Virus record (IMG/VR): IMGVR_UViG_2908567220_000002 | Span: 32,001-96,000 of that record | Source of the DNA: a virus | Taxonomy: Duplodnaviria; Heunggongvirae; Uroviricota; Caudoviricetes | Length of the DNA: 64,000 nt | Direction: 5' to 3' (one strand) | In this document: one piece after another, positions 44,893-54,781 of the stretch | Numbering within the stretch: position 1 is the first letter of the stretch | Layout of the letters: each line of letters opens with the position of its first letter | Program-made: the position numbers and the translations under genes | Notes under the pieces: generated by a model | What the model saw: the letters and a program-made list of their open reading frames with translations, nothing else | The model's database searches: none | What the model was told of the DNA's origin: nothing

Positions 44893-45454
44893 CTTTCCAG
44901 CCTACGCGTTTCTTTAAGGCTGTTCTGACTTCAAGCCTGAGATTCGCTATTGGAATATTTTCCGCAATAATATTCCATAACTCAAATCGGGGCTTGCTTT
45001 TGATTCCTTTGGAATAGCCCCATCGTTCAAGTACGTCGATACATTCATCTTTCCAAAGCAATTGAGCGAGCATCAATGAGTTATGGTTTCGATTAAGCTT
45101 TTCTCCACGCATGTGCTTTATAAGAATGGCGCCTTTTGGCCCAACAGAAACCGTTTTAACGCCCCACCAACCTGGGATTAACTTTAATGCTCCCTCAAGA
45201 TGTTTCTCAGCTACGACAAGAGTAACCTTGTCCATTACAGAAGAATAATGCTTGATTTGAAGAGGCAAACGCTCCAAAGAGTCATATTCACTTTTGAGCT
45301 CGTACCCGTGTATAACACCATTTATTACAGCAATGTCTGCTCTACTGGCGCCAAGGGATATGGAAAATTCATCGACCACAAGGCAGTCAGGATCTAAATG
45401 CGATTCTTTCAAAAGCTTATGATGCACCGCGAACCTAACATCTTGATCTTTCAT
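44834..45454 (-). CDS. putative PD-(D/E)xK-like nuclease-fold protein (sce7726-like)
   Basis: 206 aa; candidate D...E-x-K core in RADIAVINGVIHGYELK. Confidence 0.45.
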   Translation of the reverse strand: MKDQDVRFAVHHKLLKESHLDPDCLVVDEFSISLGASRADIAVINGVIHGYELKSEYDSLERLPLQIKHYSSVMDKVTLVVAEKHLEGALKLIPGWWGVKTVSVGPKGAILIKHMRGEKLNRNHNSLMLAQLLWKDECIDVLERWGYSKGIKSKPRFELWNIIAENIPIANLRLEVRTALKKRVGWKVKAWQAESAPTNKAVSRLT

Positions 45455-45799
45455 GACTTCTCCTTACTCCCTCCGTTACTGAATTATAGCGCACTGCATT
45501 TTACTGCATTTGAGAGATTTGACCACTTCAATCACAAAATGCTTATCTGCAGCAACAAGATTCATAGCCATACGACTATGGTGATTACCTTTTGTCTGGA
45601 AAACTGACCATTCCACGAAGATCAGATAGGTCTATAGAATCTTGGTTTGTCATAGCGTTCGCCTTACTTTGAGATGAACCTTTGCTGCATAGGAGATCAG
45701 CCCGTCAAGGCTCACCAGCACTAACTGACTACTCAAAGGCTCATTCCAAAGGGTTTGGTTCGACGTGGTTGAGTGCGCTGCGGTGCGCGGTGAAATACC

Positions 45800-45835
45800 T
45801 GTACAAAAATGCCCCGCATCTGCGAGGCATTTTCC
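45800..45835. terminator. bidirectional terminator-like hairpin between Rz and moron pair
   Basis: AAATGCCCCGCAtcTGCGAGGCATTT hairpin with T-runs on both strands. Confidence 0.35.
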
Positions 45836-45870
45836 TGAAAGTCACTTGTTAAATTTCAGTGAAATTAAAA

Positions 45871-46323
45871 TTATTTTAAGCACTGCGTCCTGATGTACTC
45901 CTGCAAGTAGTTAACCTGCGCGGTTATCTTGTCGATTCCACTTCGGAGACGGTAATAATTGAGTTCAGCATCTGCTGTAAGTCCTGGGCTTTCTCCATTG
46001 CCCATGCCGCTGGCTCCGGTCGTTGACTTTGCACAGGTGGCGGCGACTTGCAGGCGCTTACGCCCAACAGAAACATCAGCACGTAGACTTTCGATAGTCG
46101 CGTTAGCATCAGCAAGCTCCTTTGTGTATCTGGCGTCGAGTTCTGCTACATCACGTTGACGCTTCTGCATGTCAGCGATGATGTACGTGGCTTTATCGCG
46201 CTGTTCTTTATAGGTAATGGCATTATCACGGTAATGATTAACAGCCCATGACAGGCAGACGATGATGCAGATAACCAGAGCATAAATAATCGCGGCGACT
46301 CTGCTCACTGATCTATCCCCCAA
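45871..46323 (-). CDS. Rz: i-spanin Rz
   Basis: 150 aa with N-terminal TM and coiled-coil, downstream of endolysin. Confidence 0.75.
   Translation of the reverse strand: MGDRSVSRVAAIIYALVICIIVCLSWAVNHYRDNAITYKEQRDKATYIIADMQKRQRDVAELDARYTKELADANATIESLRADVSVGRKRLQVAATCAKSTTGASGMGNGESPGLTADAELNYYRLRSGIDKITAQVNYLQEYIRTQCLK
45924..46115 (-). CDS. Rz1: o-spanin Rz1 (embedded in Rz, alternate frame)
   Basis: 63 aa with lipobox LGVSAC and Pro-rich region. Confidence 0.65.
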   Translation of the reverse strand: MLMLTRLSKVYVLMFLLGVSACKSPPPVQSQRPEPAAWAMEKAQDLQQMLNSIITVSEVESTR

Positions 46324-46838
46324 CAGGCTAATGCGCTTTCCTGGTCACGACGAATAACCTGTCCATAGCAGTTATTTGAACGTATGCGGCAATCGCGCCC
46401 ACCATCTTTTATCCACCAGCGAATCGCCTCGCATGCACCTTTACGATCACCGGCATTCAGCCGCTTATAAAACGTCGACGGGAAACACTTACCGGGGCCA
46501 ATGTTATAGGGACAGAATGACGCTATACCCGCTTTTTGTGGTTCGGTCAGTGGTACTTTAATATTGCGCTCCACCCATGCCAGCGCCTTATCACGCTCAA
46601 TGGCGTTGACCTGGTCGCATTTTTCCTTCGACAGTTTCATACCGGGAAAAACGGGTTTTCCATCCACCATCGTGGCACCCCGACAGATGGTCCAGATGCC
46701 GGACCCATCGCGGTATGCCGTTGTGTGGTTACCTTCTTTTTCATCCAGAAACTGGTCGAGAATATCAGGCGCGGGCGCACCGACGGCAATCAGTGCCAGA
46801 ACGGCAGCCGACAGGCCGTATCTGATTTTTGCGTTCAT
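46305..46838 (-). CDS. R: SAR-type endolysin (lysozyme)
   Basis: 177 aa; N-terminal signal-anchor-release segment; E...D...T catalytic pattern ([19 protein letters not shown]). Confidence 0.85.
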   Translation of the reverse strand: MNAKIRYGLSAAVLALIAVGAPAPDILDQFLDEKEGNHTTAYRDGSGIWTICRGATMVDGKPVFPGMKLSKEKCDQVNAIERDKALAWVERNIKVPLTEPQKAGIASFCPYNIGPGKCFPSTFYKRLNAGDRKGACEAIRWWIKDGGRDCRIRSNNCYGQVIRRDQESALACWGIDQ

Positions 46839-46901
46839 GGATATTTATCAGGATTTATCGGTTTCTGCCCACGGACAGGTTTATCTGTTCCGGTCAGTGA
46901 C

Positions 46902-47252
46902 TTAAGGTTGTGATTCCGGAGGAGTCTTCAGAGAACCAGTAATTCTTCCCGGTAGCTTTCCTTTGTAGGTTATCCATACATTCTGCGCCTCTAAAATTAC
47001 GGGGCGCTTTTCCGGCGACTGCTCATCCCCTTCACATAACCCGGCAGCAACATCCAGGAAGACCTGTCTGATGCTCATTCTGGCTGCTGCCTCATAAAAC
47101 TCCAGCGCGGCACCTTCAACACGGTCCAGCGAGATGTCCAGGTCAAAAATTTCACCGTCAAAGCGTTTTTTGTCCCGTAACGCTAAAGTTACCGTAACTT
47201 TATTCTCAAAATTGCGGATCCCTTTCACAATCAGTTCATAGTTTTGAGTCAT
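46902..47252 (-). CDS. hypothetical protein between holin and endolysin
   Basis: 116 aa ORF, no recognisable motif. Confidence 0.45.
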   Translation of the reverse strand: MTQNYELIVKGIRNFENKVTVTLALRDKKRFDGEIFDLDISLDRVEGAALEFYEAAARMSIRQVFLDVAAGLCEGDEQSPEKRPVILEAQNVWITYKGKLPGRITGSLKTPPESQP

Positions 47253-47256
47253 TGAA

Positions 47257-47472
47257 TTACTCTCCCCGTGCCGCCTTACGCTTGTCTTCTTTAATCTTGA
47301 AATAAAGGTTTGTCAGATACGTCAGCAAGCCAAATACCAGACTACCCAGCACACCTATTGCCGCCCACTGTGAGGGCGTGACTTTATCGAGCAACTGTAA
47401 AAACCAGTACCCGGCACTACCTGCTGAGGTGCCATAGGCGACACCCGTTGTTAACTTATCCATGGATTTCAT
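47257..47472 (-). CDS. S: pinholin (S21-like holin)
   Basis: [26 protein letters not shown]... resembles phage 21 S; dual-start MKSM; track ORF 47257..47535 extends upstream. Confidence 0.8.
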
Positions 47473-47539
47473 AACCCCACCTCGCAGATGCGGGTGCTGT
47501 GTAATGGAAATAAAAAGGCCACCTGACGTGGCCACCAGA

Positions 47540-48592
47540 TTATTTCCCCACCAGCTCGTTTATCTCTTTCACTGTCTGGTTAAACCGCTCTGACTCAAGC
47601 TCAACACCTAAGGCCCGACGCCCCAACGCCATTGCTGCTTTTATTGTGGAACCGGATCCCATAAAAAAATCAGCAACCAGATCACCTGGTCGACTACTGG
47701 CATTGATTATTTGCCTGAGCATATCCGCCGGTTTCTCACACGGATGTTTCCCCGGGTAGAACTGAACGGGTTTATGCATCCAGACATCGGTATAAGGCAC
47801 GGAGACTGATACGGAGAAATAGCGCCGGAGAGATTTAAACTCATCCAGCAATTCAGAATATTTACGATTCAGTGAATCATAAGATGCCACCAGCTGGTGG
47901 TGTGGTTGTTCCAGTTGTTGTTCCTGAAACTTCTCTGCCGCTATACGGGAAAACAGTGCCTGTAACTTCCGATAGTCAGCCTCATTCGGCAACTGCCACT
48001 GACTGGCACCAAACCAGTGGGAAACCATATTTTTCTTACCTGTGGCTTCGGCAATTTGTTTTGCCGTTATACCCAGTTCGGCACGAGCATCCCTGAAATA
48101 CGATATCAGCGGTGCCATTATGTGCTGTTTGAGTTCCCTTTCTTTTGCTGCATAGCCGTCACTTTTGCCGCGATATGGCCCCTGGTAATGTTCAGCAAAC
48201 AGAACGCGCTCTGTGGCAGGAAAATATGCGCGCAGACTTTCTTTATTACACCCATTCCAACGTCCGGACGGCTTCGCCCAGATGATATGGTTAAGCACGT
48301 TGAAACGTTCACGCATCATGATCTCAATATCAGATGCCAGGCGATGCCCACAGAACAGGTAAAGGCTTCCGGCAGGTTTTAACACCCGCCAGAACTGGGC
48401 CAGACAGTGGTCCAGCCACTTAAGGTAATCATCGTCGCCCTTCCACTGGTTATCCCAGCCCTCAGGCTTCACTTTAAAGTACGGCGGGTCCGTGACTATC
48501 AGGTCAACAGAATTTTCGGGTAACGACCGGATAAATTCCAGGCAGTCGGCGTTGATTAACTCACAACTGGATATTTTTACAGTATTAAGCAT
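47540..48592 (-). CDS. DNA methyltransferase, probably N6-adenine (DPPY motif)
   Basis: 350 aa; catalytic IVTDPPYF, C-terminal SAM-binding DFFMGSGST. Confidence 0.8.
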
Positions 48593-48743
48593 GGATCATT
48601 AAGCCTGTCTCTGATAGGCTCATTCTGCTTTTGCGCAAAGCAGTGGGCCTGAGGTTTGCTTGTGAACCCAACGCATGAGCAGATGGCTGGTGAGTGCCCC
48701 TAACACCCACCAGCCGCCCATTTACCACAAATAAAAAAAGCCT

Positions 48744-48941
48744 TCACTGCGGAAGGCGTCTGTAACAACCGAACTGATAGTCTGCCAGACCCGCCATAAC
48801 CAGCTGGGTCAGTATTAACTGGCAGCGTTCGCGTGAAAGGTAAGTATTCTGCGCAATCTCCCCGACTGTCGCCGGGTCGGTAACGCTTAATTCATTAAAC
48901 ACCACTCTGGCGGTTTCTGTCATATCCTGCTGTTTTAGCAT
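48744..48941 (-). CDS. small hypothetical protein, possible HTH
   Basis: probable start MLKQQDMTET within track ORF 48744..49028. Confidence 0.3.
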   Translation of the reverse strand: MLKQQDMTETARVVFNELSVTDPATVGEIAQNTYLSRERCQLILTQLVMAGLADYQFGCYRRLPQ

Positions 48942-49061
48942 GTCTTTTTCCCTTTTCCGGTTAACGTGACACACCAATAACTCTTGTCGAAAAAGCCAGC
49001 AAGCTGAAAGACAGGTATTCACCGCCACCAGCGCGTTTACTGTACTGACGCGATTTCAGTC

Positions 49062-49085
49062 ATAAAAAACCCGCCAGGCGGCGGG
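49062..49085 (-). terminator. candidate tR-prime-like terminator downstream of Q-like gene
   Basis: minus-strand hairpin CCCGCCgcctGGCGGG followed by TTTTTT, about 80 nt after Q-like stop. Confidence 0.4.
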
Positions 49086-49167
49086 GTGTAAAAAATCCTC
49101 TAACGTCAGGCATAAAACGCCCATCGTTAGAGCAAATTTACCACAGATTCGGGAAAAATCAACAACA

Positions 49168-49989
49168 CTATCGCGTTACCCTCTTTAACTGCCGCTCCGC
49201 CCATGCCTCTTCAATGTCAAACCGAACCACCAACGTATCGTAAAAGCGTTTCACTGATTTTTTCCACGTATCAAGCGTGATAGCACTCGTCACTTTGCGT
49301 ATGGCATTAAATGCCTCCGTTGATGGTAGTCTTTCACAGCCACGACCATCACAACGCTGGCAGTCTCTGATAACAGGCATACCACGTTTTACCGACTCTT
49401 CACGATGAATGGCGACACCACGCCCACGGCAATCCTTACAGGCGGTGGAAACCTCACCCTTTCCGCCACACTCCGGACAGGCAACTTTTACCACCTCCCT
49501 GACTTTTTTCCATTCTTCCCAGTAAGACGGATACACACCTTTCGTACACTTTGCCCATACCGGCGGCTTACCATCCGGATACTGGACCTTGTTTGTAAAA
49601 ACTATGCTTTCAATAAATTTTTCCCCATAGCAACAAGGGCACTGCTTTTTACTCGCTGCGCTGCGGGCATAATCCTCAAAAGCGTACGAAGCCATAATGC
49701 GCATCACTACCGGTTTTATTTCTGCCGGAAGTTTTCTCAACGCCGCCACACGATCGCACCGACTGAGTGCATAATCTGCCAGTAATTCTGTTGCCCGCGC
49801 CCTGTCATTCATACTGATGCCCATTTTCCCAAGGAACGCAGAAAACCCCATCTCAGCCCGATTCTGTGTCATGCCCTGCGCGGCCATCACATCAGTGATA
49901 CTCAGCGCATCTTTCGACGTTGAGGCCGATGCATCAGTCAGGCCGGGGGATTTTGGGGAGTAGTATTTCGGTAAATCTTCCAGTTTCAT
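49168..49989 (-). CDS. putative late antiterminator Q-like protein with Zn-finger motifs (prophage B)
   Basis: 273 aa with CxxC clusters (CPECGGKGE, CKDCRGRG, CQRCDGRG); downstream of rusA, upstream of lysis module; assignment positional. Confidence 0.45.
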   Translation of the reverse strand: MKLEDLPKYYSPKSPGLTDASASTSKDALSITDVMAAQGMTQNRAEMGFSAFLGKMGISMNDRARATELLADYALSRCDRVAALRKLPAEIKPVVMRIMASYAFEDYARSAASKKQCPCCYGEKFIESIVFTNKVQYPDGKPPVWAKCTKGVYPSYWEEWKKVREVVKVACPECGGKGEVSTACKDCRGRGVAIHREESVKRGMPVIRDCQRCDGRGCERLPSTEAFNAIRKVTSAITLDTWKKSVKRFYDTLVVRFDIEEAWAERQLKRVTR

Positions 49990-50360
49990 TTTTTGACCTG
50001 CTCTTCATGCATTATGGGGTAAATCTTCACCCCCAGACGTCCACCAGATACTGGCTGACCACGAACGATATTGATTTCATCAAACTGCTCATCGTCCATT
50101 AACACTCCCGCATGCGTCAGCGCATCCAGCGGTGCTTTCAGGATATTGTCCAGGTCGCGACGACGCTTATCCGGTGGCTCTGCAATCACCTTTATCGCCA
50201 GCCTTCCGGACAGGCTTAATTTCAGCCGCTGCTGGCGAACAATAAGCGCCACTGCCCGGCGATAACGCTCCCCGGCTTTTGATACAAAATATGTGCTGCC
50301 ACGGCGTCGCCAGTAAGTGTTCACCGTCGGCGGGTAAGGTAAAACCAAATCTATGAGCAT
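49986..50360 (-). CDS. rusA: Holliday junction resolvase RusA (copy 2)
   Basis: 124 aa, same conserved core as 2417..2767 with divergent termini. Confidence 0.9.
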   Translation of the reverse strand: MLIDLVLPYPPTVNTYWRRRGSTYFVSKAGERYRRAVALIVRQQRLKLSLSGRLAIKVIAEPPDKRRRDLDNILKAPLDALTHAGVLMDDEQFDEINIVRGQPVSGGRLGVKIYPIMHEEQVKK

Positions 50361-50372
50361 CAGTCACCTCTT

Positions 50373-51419
50373 TTACCCAAGCACGCCAGTTGCAAAGGCG
50401 TGATCAAGAAAACGAAAAATTAAATCAACCTGAGAACCATGCTTTTCTTCGAACGCCAGAGGATCCGCATGAAGCTCGTTGTGATGCTCCCGACACAGCG
50501 GTAGCGTGAAAATATCGTGAGATTTTGTCCCCATTCCGCCCTGACCATGACCAATCAGGTGATGGGGATCGTCGGCTGGCTTACCACAACACGCACACGG
50601 CTGTGTCTTCACCCAGCGTGTGTATTTCTCGTTAACCCAGCGGCGACGTTTAGGTCGTTTCATGAAAGATTCCGGAGACTCAGGATCAACGGCAATGCTG
50701 ACCACCGTCTCTTCCTGTGGCGGGTTTTGCTGGTGGGCGTGAGGCAGCGGCGCAAGATTTTTTGTGCGCTGCTTCAGTATGCTGGTGGCGGTCTGCTCTC
50801 CCGGTACGATGTCGCTTTCACGGTACATTGAGCGGATTTTTTCCGCACGCAACCCCAGCGAACGACGTAATACCGCTTCCGGTAGCGCGTCCGCCACCTG
50901 ATTGCGGACCGCCCACCAGGATAATTCAGCCAGAGATAATTCACGCTCCTGCGTACCGCTTATTGCGTGACCGATGACGTCAATCATCCATGCTGACAGG
51001 TTTTGATGAGCAAGTTGCTCGAGTGATTCGGATGTCTGGTCACGCAGCTGGTTGTCGCAGTGCCAGCACAACACCATTGCGCCGGTACCATAACGGTGAA
51101 TAACGGTTTCGCTGTGATGATAATCGCCGTGTGGCCACTGGCAGGATTTAATATTGCGCAACAGCCAGTCAGACAATGCACCAGCACCACCAGCAGCACG
51201 AATTACCCGTGCGTTACTGAAAAACGGCAGCAATGTTTTGTCTTCCACCAGCGGCTGGCGAACGGCAGGAACGACCCCGGACGGCAGATTACGCATGCTT
51301 TTCGGTTCCGGCTCCACCAGTACCCGGGTATTGTGGAATACCGGCATGGATTCACGGCCCGGCTTAACGATCACCAGCCCGAGTTCCGGTACCAGAACAG
51401 GTCGAAGTAATACCCGCAC
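50373..51419 (-). CDS. DUF968 (YdfU-like) protein (copy 2)
   Basis: 348 aa, near-identical to 2780..3829. Confidence 0.7.
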   Translation of the reverse strand: MRVLLRPVLVPELGLVIVKPGRESMPVFHNTRVLVEPEPKSMRNLPSGVVPAVRQPLVEDKTLLPFFSNARVIRAAGGAGALSDWLLRNIKSCQWPHGDYHHSETVIHRYGTGAMVLCWHCDNQLRDQTSESLEQLAHQNLSAWMIDVIGHAISGTQERELSLAELSWWAVRNQVADALPEAVLRRSLGLRAEKIRSMYRESDIVPGEQTATSILKQRTKNLAPLPHAHQQNPPQEETVVSIAVDPESPESFMKRPKRRRWVNEKYTRWVKTQPCACCGKPADDPHHLIGHGQGGMGTKSHDIFTLPLCREHHNELHADPLAFEEKHGSQVDLIFRFLDHAFATGVLG

Positions 51420-51420
51420 G

Positions 51421-51699
51421 TTACCTCCAGATGCGTTGCTGGAATGTGCGGGACGGACGCGGTGGGCGTTCGGAGTAAGGAAGCCTGACGGAGATTATCC
51501 AGTGACGATAATCGAGGCTGAGGGCTTTCTTAATCTCGTATCCGTGTCTGCGGTAGCACTGAATTAGCCACTCGGCCTGTTCTTCAGTGCATGGGGGATG
51601 CTGGAACCAGTCAGATTTGAAAGTGCGGGAACGCCGCCCGTGCCTGCTGGCAAAGACGGCAGAATCATCAGAATTGTGTAATTTGGTATCGTGCGCCAT
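51421..51699 (-). CDS. Rem-like small protein (copy 2)
   Basis: 92 aa paralog of 3831..4103. Confidence 0.5.
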   Translation of the reverse strand: MAHDTKLHNSDDSAVFASRHGRRSRTFKSDWFQHPPCTEEQAEWLIQCYRRHGYEIKKALSLDYRHWIISVRLPYSERPPRPSRTFQQRIWR

Positions 51700-51758
51700 C
51701 GGTTGTCTCTGCTGGCGCAGCAGGTGCCAGTTGTTCAGGCTGGCTCACGTATTATAAC

Positions 51759-51980
51759 TTATTCCCGAACTACCTTGAAACCGAGTCTTTCCAAGTATTC
51801 AATGAATGCCTCAACAGATAACACTACATGATCATCAGGAATTAACGCTGTGTAGGTAATACCCCCATTCTCAACGCGCACAGCATAGAGGCCATCTTCA
51901 CTAAAAATTTCACGTAATTCTTCGATTTTCATCAACAGAATCCTTCCAGATAAATAGCACTCCCCCTGTTCGGGGTCCAT
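51759..51980 (-). CDS. hypothetical small protein
   Basis: 73 aa; absent from syntenic position in prophage A. Confidence 0.45.
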   Translation of the reverse strand: MDPEQGECYLSGRILLMKIEELREIFSEDGLYAVRVENGGITYTALIPDDHVVLSVEAFIEYLERLGFKVVRE

Positions 51981-52057
51981 CCCTCTTCTCCCTGCGCGCT
52001 ACTTAAGTATTTTTGATTCTATTCTGGCACCGTCCAAAACTTCAAACACGTTGAAAA

Positions 52058-52083
52058 TAAAAACAAAAAACCCGCCGAAGCGG
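52058..52083 (-). terminator. rho-independent terminator after HTH-ImmA gene
   Basis: minus-strand hairpin CCCGCttcgGCGGG followed by T-run, just downstream of stop at 52090. Confidence 0.45.
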
Positions 52084-52089
52084 GTATAC

Positions 52090-53196
52090 TCAAACAATCT
52101 GGAAAATATTTCTTGGATTTGTAATAGGTCTGTTGATGGAGAACAACTCACGAATTAAATCTTGGCTCAAGCCAGTTTTCATAAGAATTCTTAGCCAGGT
52201 TGCATCATCCAGCATTTCAATCGCCTCGGCCAGCATGCCGGGTTCTTCAGGGCGCAAAAGTTCATCACCAGGTTCAACTCTCGTATACCCTCTGGAATTA
52301 AGATGCATATAGCCAGTTCTTGCCTGTTCCTGGGTCAATAAGCCTAATGCGCTGGCTCGATAAATACACATTTTAAGGCTGATTTTCCATCTAAGTTTAA
52401 ATTCAACCAGAGCATTCCAGTCGAATTGCTTACCTCGTATTCGTGGAAATTCTTTAATGAAAGATAACCTGGGAACTAATAAGGCGCTCGAAAAGTGATC
52501 GGCTTGTGATTCCGTAAGTTTATCACCTGTCGTTATGCCCTCATGCATTACTAAATGCCCTAATTCATGACCTAAATCAGAGCGAAATCTACATATGCTT
52601 TTTTTAACATTGTTCCTGATGATAACAGGCCTGTTATTGTGAACAGTAAAAGCATCAACACGATCATCGACTCCCGTAACATGCGCAACGATTACCCCTA
52701 AACTCTCCGCCAATTTAACCATTGATGATATAGGGCCAAGACCTAAATTCCAGGCACGGCGACAATCTTCTGCCACTCGCTCAATATCATTCGGAGTAAG
52801 TAATTCAGCCCCTGGGTGCTCCGGTATGTTAACGTCAGGAAATTCGATTTCACCTTCAACAGCAGAAATTATAATATTAAGAATCTCAGCCCTGGCCAAT
52901 ACACTATTAGTCAGCGTTTGAGTCCTGGACTTCTTACTCCGAAAATGGCAGACATCACTTTCCAGAGCGTATTTTCGTTCAGTAAAAAGAAAACTGGACT
53001 TAATCATAAGCGCTGAAGATATTAACTCAAGACATTGCTCCGATGGCCTGCACCCCTTCTCCAGTTTGCTAACGAATTGCTTTGTCTTGCCAATTTTTTC
53101 GGCTAACTCTTCACAAGAAAGCCCAACAGCCATTCTCGCTAGTTTGAGCTTATCACCCCGATACTCAGTGAAGTTATTCACCTGATGTTCCATCAC
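52090..53196 (-). CDS. XRE-family HTH fused to ImmA/IrrE-type zinc metallopeptidase
   Basis: 368 aa; N-terminal HTH LSCEELAEKIGKTKQFVSKLEKG; HEXXH motif HELGHLVMH. Confidence 0.75.
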   Translation of the reverse strand: MMEHQVNNFTEYRGDKLKLARMAVGLSCEELAEKIGKTKQFVSKLEKGCRPSEQCLELISSALMIKSSFLFTERKYALESDVCHFRSKKSRTQTLTNSVLARAEILNIIISAVEGEIEFPDVNIPEHPGAELLTPNDIERVAEDCRRAWNLGLGPISSMVKLAESLGVIVAHVTGVDDRVDAFTVHNNRPVIIRNNVKKSICRFRSDLGHELGHLVMHEGITTGDKLTESQADHFSSALLVPRLSFIKEFPRIRGKQFDWNALVEFKLRWKISLKMCIYRASALGLLTQEQARTGYMHLNSRGYTRVEPGDELLRPEEPGMLAEAIEMLDDATWLRILMKTGLSQDLIRELFSINRPITNPRNIFQIV

Positions 53197-53824
53197 TGCT
53201 CACATCCAAATCTTTATCCTTCGTACGCCGACGAAGAGGCACCTTATTAATCTCCGCTTCGTCAGGGAGTGTGTTATAATCAAGAGGCATAAGCGGCATC
53301 GATGCTGTAGATTGATGAGAAACTATACTAATCTGAGCACCATAAGTATTAAATCCAACAAGAGCTACCTCCCAACGAGGCAGTGTGGACTCTAATTCAC
53401 CATCGCCCTCTTCGGATAAAAAAGGCTCAGCTATGACTCGCCATGTAATATCTTGCTCAGCCTCAACATCACCAAACAATGAGAGCTGCTCATACTCTAC
53501 TTTATTTCGACGCAGACGATGTTTCTTTTTGGGGTTATTAATGCAATCTTTGGTAAATTGTAGCGGAACTTTATTTAAAGCAACTACATAGTCCAACCCC
53601 TTGGAAATCATCTCAAGGCCAGGAATTGCATCTTCATTTTGAATAAGATGATTTCTGACCCAATCATAAGCCCTTACACCTTCAGACCAGTTGCTGTCTA
53701 ATGCGTGCTTATGATAGTACAGCTGCTCAAGTACGTTAGCGATCTCCGCCAACAAGTGGCGAACATAGTTTTCAGCAAGATAAGGTTGAAATTCCCAACA
53801 AGGAGCTAACTGATTTTCATTCAT
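53174..53824 (-). CDS. hypothetical protein, upstream partner of HTH-ImmA gene
   Basis: 216 aa, no recognisable motif; 3-prime end overlaps start of HTH-ImmA gene by 23 nt. Confidence 0.5.
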   Translation of the reverse strand: MNENQLAPCWEFQPYLAENYVRHLLAEIANVLEQLYYHKHALDSNWSEGVRAYDWVRNHLIQNEDAIPGLEMISKGLDYVVALNKVPLQFTKDCINNPKKKHRLRRNKVEYEQLSLFGDVEAEQDITWRVIAEPFLSEEGDGELESTLPRWEVALVGFNTYGAQISIVSHQSTASMPLMPLDYNTLPDEAEINKVPLRRRTKDKDLDVSSDGTSGE

Positions 53825-53898
53825 TTCAAGTTTCGCTTTTTTTAGAATTCGTAAACCACATATTTTCGCATTTTTCTATTTTTGTCAACCAGACTAAT

Positions 53899-53920
53899 GC
53901 AAAAACCCGCCGAAGCGGGT
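53899..53920 (-). terminator. rho-independent terminator downstream of hok copy 2
   Basis: same AACCCGCttcgGCGGGTT hairpin plus T-run as at 4175..4202. Confidence 0.45.
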
Positions 53921-53989
53921 TAAGTGCGGGTGCGTTGAGGATGCCTGGCACATCAGAGGTGGCGGGAGATTACTCCCCCGCCGGGTCTC

Positions 53990-54145
53990 TTACTCCTCAG
54001 GTTCGTAAGCTGTGAAGACAGCGACCTCCGTCTGCCCGGTTCGGATTCGTACCTCGCAGAGGTCTTTCCTCGTTACCAGTGCCGTCACTATGACGGTTAA
54101 ACAGATGACGATCAGGGCGATTAGCATCGCCTTTTGCTGCTTCAT
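53990..54145 (-). CDS. hokD: Hok/Gef family type I toxin (copy 2)
   Basis: 51 aa MKQQKAMLIALIVICLTVIVTALVTRKDLCEVRIRTGQTEVAVFTAYEPEE within track ORF 53990..54202. Confidence 0.8.
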   Translation of the reverse strand: MKQQKAMLIALIVICLTVIVTALVTRKDLCEVRIRTGQTEVAVFTAYEPEE

Positions 54146-54436
54146 AGCCTGCTTCTCCTTGCCTTTCGGCACGTAAGAGGCTAACCTACGTGTGTAGAGC
54201 ATAGATATGGCCTCAGATTAATGTTAAGCGTCTTGCCGGACGCGTAATGTTAACTGGGGCTTTTCTCTATCTGCCTTTTGGTGTTCATGCCTGAGACAGA
54301 TAGCCTCAAGCACCCGCTGCAATTCTACTTAACTCTCCTTTTCCCGCAAACCGTTTTTATCCCCAGCGGCAAATCGAATACACCACCAGCGCCACCGCCA
54401 TCGCAATTCCTACCGTTGTTAATGCTTCAGGCCAGG

Positions 54437-54781
54437 TCATCGTAAAATATCCTCCACGCTTATCAGTCCGTTCCGCTCCAGATAACTCATCGCCTTATCC
54501 GGTAATTTGCAGTCTGGCTTCGCTTTCCTCAGTTGCCAGGTTAACTGCTTTACCAGCATGGTTAACTCATCGACCAGACGCTGATATCCCACTGGTTTGT
54601 ATTCATGCAATTTACCGGCTGGCTCTGCTGCCAGCGATACCAGTGCGATTTCCAGAACAGCAATATCCATCTTATATGTGCGGATGATGTCATGGTCGAT
54701 TGTGCCCGGTATGCACAGTCTCTGTGCTTCAATAGTCTCCTCTGCGTGAGCTATTAACTGCTCTCTGGTAAAAGTCGTCAT
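54437..54781 (-). CDS. hypothetical phage protein
   Basis: 114 aa; start overlaps stop of upstream small ORF (ATGA). Confidence 0.5.
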   Translation of the reverse strand: MTTFTREQLIAHAEETIEAQRLCIPGTIDHDIIRTYKMDIAVLEIALVSLAAEPAGKLHEYKPVGYQRLVDELTMLVKQLTWQLRKAKPDCKLPDKAMSYLERNGLISVEDILR

